Of a stretch of DNA of 5,260 nucleotides, positions 4,778 through 5,260 are shown in pieces. Made by a program: the position numbers and the translations under genes. Location of the stretch: positions 1 to 5,260 of the IMG/VR virus record IMGVR_UViG_2877285697_000002, one strand, 5' to 3'. This DNA is from a virus. Its lineage: Duplodnaviria > Heunggongvirae > Uroviricota > Caudoviricetes. Under the pieces are notes generated by a model. It did no database searches, was not told the origin of the DNA, and worked only from the letters and a program-made list of their open reading frames with translations. How positions within the stretch are numbered: the first letter of the stretch is position 1; each line of letters opens with the position of its first letter.

Positions 4778-5260
4778 ATGACATACGAAAATGACAAATT
4801 CCAGGTTCTGAAGAGCATGAAGGTGCCAGATGATTTTAAATCAAATGGCTTTGTTTATGTGCTTTCGAATGAGTGCATGCCAGGAATTTATAAGATTGGG
4901 ATGACTAAGCATTCACCAGAAGTTAGGGCTAAAGAAATTTCAGCCTCTACTGGCGTTCCTAAGCCATTTAAGGTGATAGCAGCCTTTCATTCAAATAATC
5001 CCGCATCAGATGAAAAACTCATTCATAAAGCCTTTGCAAAAGAGAGGCTTAGTGATAATCGAGAGTTTTTCAAGCTTGAAGATAATGATCTTTCTGAATC
5101 TCTAAATGAAATAAGGGCGCTGGTTGGCCCTGAAAGAAATGGCGAGACGGCAGAATACGCAATTTACGACTCATTCATTTCTTTTCGCCATGAAAATGAG
5201 CTTGATCTTAATGAGGAGCTTATAGAGCAAGGTCTGGGTAGTGTAGTTGGTCTGAGGTAG
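4778..5260 (+). CDS. T5orf172 / GIY-YIG-like domain protein (160 aa); putative nuclease-fold accessory protein
   Basis: N-terminal region GFVYVLSNECMPGIYKIGMTKHSPEVRAKEIS...FKVIAAFH...REFFK fits the T5orf172 (MUG113) / GIY-YIG pattern as I recall it (YVL.N...KIG.T...R..E...H..FF). SD AGGAG 6 nt upstream of the ATG at 4778. Stop codon TAG at 5258-5260. Confidence 0.7.
   Translation: MTYENDKFQVLKSMKVPDDFKSNGFVYVLSNECMPGIYKIGMTKHSPEVRAKEISASTGVPKPFKVIAAFHSNNPASDEKLIHKAFAKERLSDNREFFKLEDNDLSESLNEIRALVGPERNGETAEYAIYDSFISFRHENELDLNEELIEQGLGSVVGLR

Noticed and set aside
4600-4794. ORF 4600..4794 (+), 64 aa
   Set aside because: Alternative frame overlapping the 3' half of cII and the start of the GIY-YIG-like gene. 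The cII frame is strongly supported by homology.
1-5260. CRISPR arrays, rRNA/tRNA genes, Chi sites (GCTGGTGG)
   Set aside because: No regularly spaced direct repeats, no rRNA/tRNA-like sequence, and no exact Chi octamer found by eye on either strand.

Overview
This window reads as the immunity and early-regulatory region of a lambdoid (lambda/P22-like) prophage, with a partial IS1 copy at its left edge. Left to right: IS1 (insB partial and insA, minus strand, terminal inverted repeat ending at 459); a minus-strand hypothetical gene whose 3' end runs into the IS1 end; an N-like antiterminator (minus) with a P22-type boxB hairpin in its leader; a putative OL/PL region; a terminator; a possible 44-aa small ORF next to a cluster of hairpins; a second terminator; a 177-aa protein of unknown function; a DUF3024-like small protein; a CI-like repressor (HTH plus S24 autopeptidase); a divergent operator region rich in GGTTAT/ATAAC half-sites; a Cro-like gene; a nutR-like boxA/boxB; a CII homolog; and a T5orf172/GIY-YIG-like gene. 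The most interesting part is the accessory cassette between OL and the repressor gene (2162-3226, possibly extending to ~1850). This is the slot that rexAB occupies in lambda, and here it holds genes I cannot assign to any characterised system, flanked by unusual RNA-structure signals. All family assignments are from reading the translations and from memory, not from database searches.
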